DNA of 56,341 nucleotides from Nanobdellota archaeon (GTDB lineage Archaea; Nanobdellota; Nanobdellia; Woesearchaeales; DATDXC01): NCBI GenBank assembly GCA_043818675.1, contig JBDRFR010000061.1, positions 1 to 56,341 of the forward strand, read 5' to 3'. Shown piece by piece: positions 54,625 to 56,341 of this stretch (position 1 is its first letter; each line of letters starts with the position of its first letter). The notes under the pieces were generated by a model. It saw only the letters and a program-made list of their open reading frames with translations, ran no database searches and was not told where the DNA came from. The position numbers and the translations under genes were made by a program.

Positions 54625-56154
54625 TCACTCATACTCAATCGTGCCCGGAGGTTTTTGGGTAATGTCGTAAACAACCCTGTTAACGCCTTTAACCTCGTTA
54701 ATGATCCGGTTAGAGACATGCTCTAAAAATGCATTAGGAAGTTTTGCCCAGTCAGCAGTCATCGCGTCAATTGAAGTTACTGCGCGAAGCGAAATGATAT
54801 ACTCGTATGTACGGGCATCGCCCATGACACCGACAGACTTAACAGGCAGCAAAGCTGCAAAAGACTGCCAAACCTTATTGTAAAGGTTATTTTTTTTCAG
54901 CTCAAGGATAAAGATATGGTCAGATTCCTGCAATATCCTGATACGATCAGGCGTGATTTCGCCTAAAATACGCACTGCAAGGCCTGGGCCAGGGAAAGGC
55001 TGGCGGTTAAGCAGTTCAGAGGATATGCCAAGCTCTTTACCAAGCTTTCTGACACCGTCCTTGTACAGGTCTTTGATCGGCTCAAGGACTTTTAATCTCA
55101 TCTTTTCAGGAAGGGTTACGTTATGATGGCTTTTTATCTTGTCAGCCTGCTTGTTGGGCTGGGCAGATTCGATGCGGTCAGGGTATATTGTGCCCATCGC
55201 TAAATAGCTGAAATTAATCTTAAGCTTTTTTGATTCACTATCAAAAACGTCGATAAAAGTGTGGCCGATAATCTTGCGCTTTTTTTCAGGATCAGCAACA
55301 CCTTTTAGCCTTCGAAGAAATATACCAGAGGCATCAACATATTTAATACGCAAATTCAGCTTATTATACCTCTCCTTAATAATTTTTATCTCGTTTTTTC
55401 TTAACAGGCCGTGATCTATCAAGATACAATACAGATTTTTATCAATCGCATTACTTATCAACGTAGCAGCGACAGTACTGTCGACACCGCCGGAAATGCC
55501 CATTAAGACCTTATCCGAGCCAACTTGTAATTTGATATCCGAAATAAGCTTTTTTGATAAGCTGCCAATAGTAAAATCCTTTTTACAGCGGCATATAGTA
55601 AATATGAAATTTTCCAGGATTTTTAGGCCGCTGATCGTATGGACTACCTCGGGATGGAACTGGACACCAAAAATATTCCGGCCAAAATCTGCAATAGCAG
55701 CGTTTTTACAGCTGTCAGTAGAAGCAATCCGGACAAAACCAGCCGGCAGCTTAGAAACAGCGTCACCATGAGACATCCAAACCTGCTGATTACTGTTTAA
55801 TCCTTTGAACAATAATTTTTTATTCTCAATTTTTATGATTTTACGGCCGTATTCCTTAATCTTGTTTGGCAAAACCTTACCGGAAAGCTGTTTTGCTATC
55901 AGCTGCTGGCCGTAACAGATGCCAAGCACAGGTATGCCAAGATCAAGCAGCTTTTTATCAGAGATAGGGGAATTCCTGCTGTAAACTGACGACGGCCCGC
56001 CCGAAAGTATGATACCTTTAGGGTTTAACTGCCTGATCTTTTCAATAGACACATCGTATGGCACAATCTCTGAATATACATTAAAATCCCTGATACGCCT
56101 TGCTATCAAATGAGCTACTTGCGATCCGAAATTTACAACAATTATCTGCGCCAA
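54625..56154 (-). CDS. guaA: GMP synthase (glutamine-hydrolysing), fused GATase + ATP-pyrophosphatase
   Basis: GATase Cys motif GICYGQQL and FHPEV. PP-loop SGGVDSTVAA. C-terminal dimerisation domain ending KPPGTIEYE. TTG start at 56154. A TTTATAAA box on the minus strand lies at about 56175-56190. Confidence 0.95.
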   Translation of the reverse strand: MAQIIVVNFGSQVAHLIARRIRDFNVYSEIVPYDVSIEKIRQLNPKGIILSGGPSSVYSRNSPISDKKLLDLGIPVLGICYGQQLIAKQLSGKVLPNKIKEYGRKIIKIENKKLLFKGLNSNQQVWMSHGDAVSKLPAGFVRIASTDSCKNAAIADFGRNIFGVQFHPEVVHTISGLKILENFIFTICRCKKDFTIGSLSKKLISDIKLQVGSDKVLMGISGGVDSTVAATLISNAIDKNLYCILIDHGLLRKNEIKIIKERYNKLNLRIKYVDASGIFLRRLKGVADPEKKRKIIGHTFIDVFDSESKKLKINFSYLAMGTIYPDRIESAQPNKQADKIKSHHNVTLPEKMRLKVLEPIKDLYKDGVRKLGKELGISSELLNRQPFPGPGLAVRILGEITPDRIRILQESDHIFILELKKNNLYNKVWQSFAALLPVKSVGVMGDARTYEYIISLRAVTSIDAMTADWAKLPNAFLEHVSNRIINEVKGVNRVVYDITQKPPGTIEYE

Positions 56155-56341
56155 TTTAATATTAGAATTGGAATATAAGATTTATAAAACTTGTGGTTTG
56201 CGGGCACCCCACTAGTTAAGTGTGGAATTACATAATACCTCTTGTATGCTTAGAGGTTTCTCTGTAAGCCCAATCTCCATTGCCGGTGTAATTGGTAGTT
56301 GAATCCAATTCTTACTTGATTTGAAGCTTAATGGAAGACTT

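Noticed and set aside
1-56341. CRISPR arrays, rRNA genes, or a reverse transcriptase/DGR that could diversify the giant proteins
   Set aside because: I found no regularly spaced direct repeats with unique spacers, no rRNA-like conserved stretches and no RT motifs (YxDD) in any long ORF. The only tandem nucleotide repeat is the 12-nt x4 coding repeat at 47124..47171.

Overview
AT-rich 56-kb window. It looks archaeal, probably a small-genome DPANN-like lineage. This is an inference from three things: AAAG-TTTATAAATA-type BRE/TATA boxes about 25 nt upstream of several start codons, class III (type IV pilin-like) signal peptides, and the gene content. I cannot verify the taxonomy without a search.

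Housekeeping anchors are metG (4101..6152), guaA (54625..56154, minus strand) and an MscS-like channel.

Most of the window consists of three paralogous, mostly co-directional surface-protein modules at 8451..15900, 26987..36915 and 37036..51313. Each module combines:
- a giant Sec-secreted protein rich in Ig/FN3-like repeats with a Cys-rich C-terminal domain (1122, 1073 and 2288 aa);
- a large protein with a K/R-G/A-Q pilin-like N-terminus (965, 719 and 639 aa);
- a polytopic membrane protein (245, 226 and 271 aa);
- a small beta-rich domain that is free-standing in one module and fused in the other two.

The main finding is a family of seven Hint/intein elements in modules B and C. One is contiguous. 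Six are split halves placed exactly at gene termini.
- Three genes END in an N-half (Cys1...TPxH...VYAK-stop). Their N-exteins are a 40-aa pilin-like handle, a membrane-anchored lysozyme-like protein and the 2288-aa giant.
- Three genes BEGIN with a hydrophobic leader followed by a C-half ending in VHN|S. Their cargoes are an Amidase_3 murein amidase, an unknown 229-aa domain and a 687-aa protein.

This suggests a combinatorial handle-by-cargo system that joins proteins by trans-splicing or docking on exported surface proteins. It resembles polymorphic-toxin cassette arrays, but the joining would happen at the protein level.

Other content:
- two wHTH-nucleotidyltransferase/HEPN pairs with palindromic operators;
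- three small RHH genes;
- a tandemly duplicated 88/89-aa gene;
- two tandem AlbA_2/HATPase_c_4-type regulators;
- a decayed accessory island (17.4-25.4 kb) holding an IS200-type tnpA with an in-frame TAG, an RM-enzyme tail fragment, a Bro-N protein and a frameshifted small gene;
- a GNAT pseudogene.

I found no rRNA, tRNA or CRISPR array.
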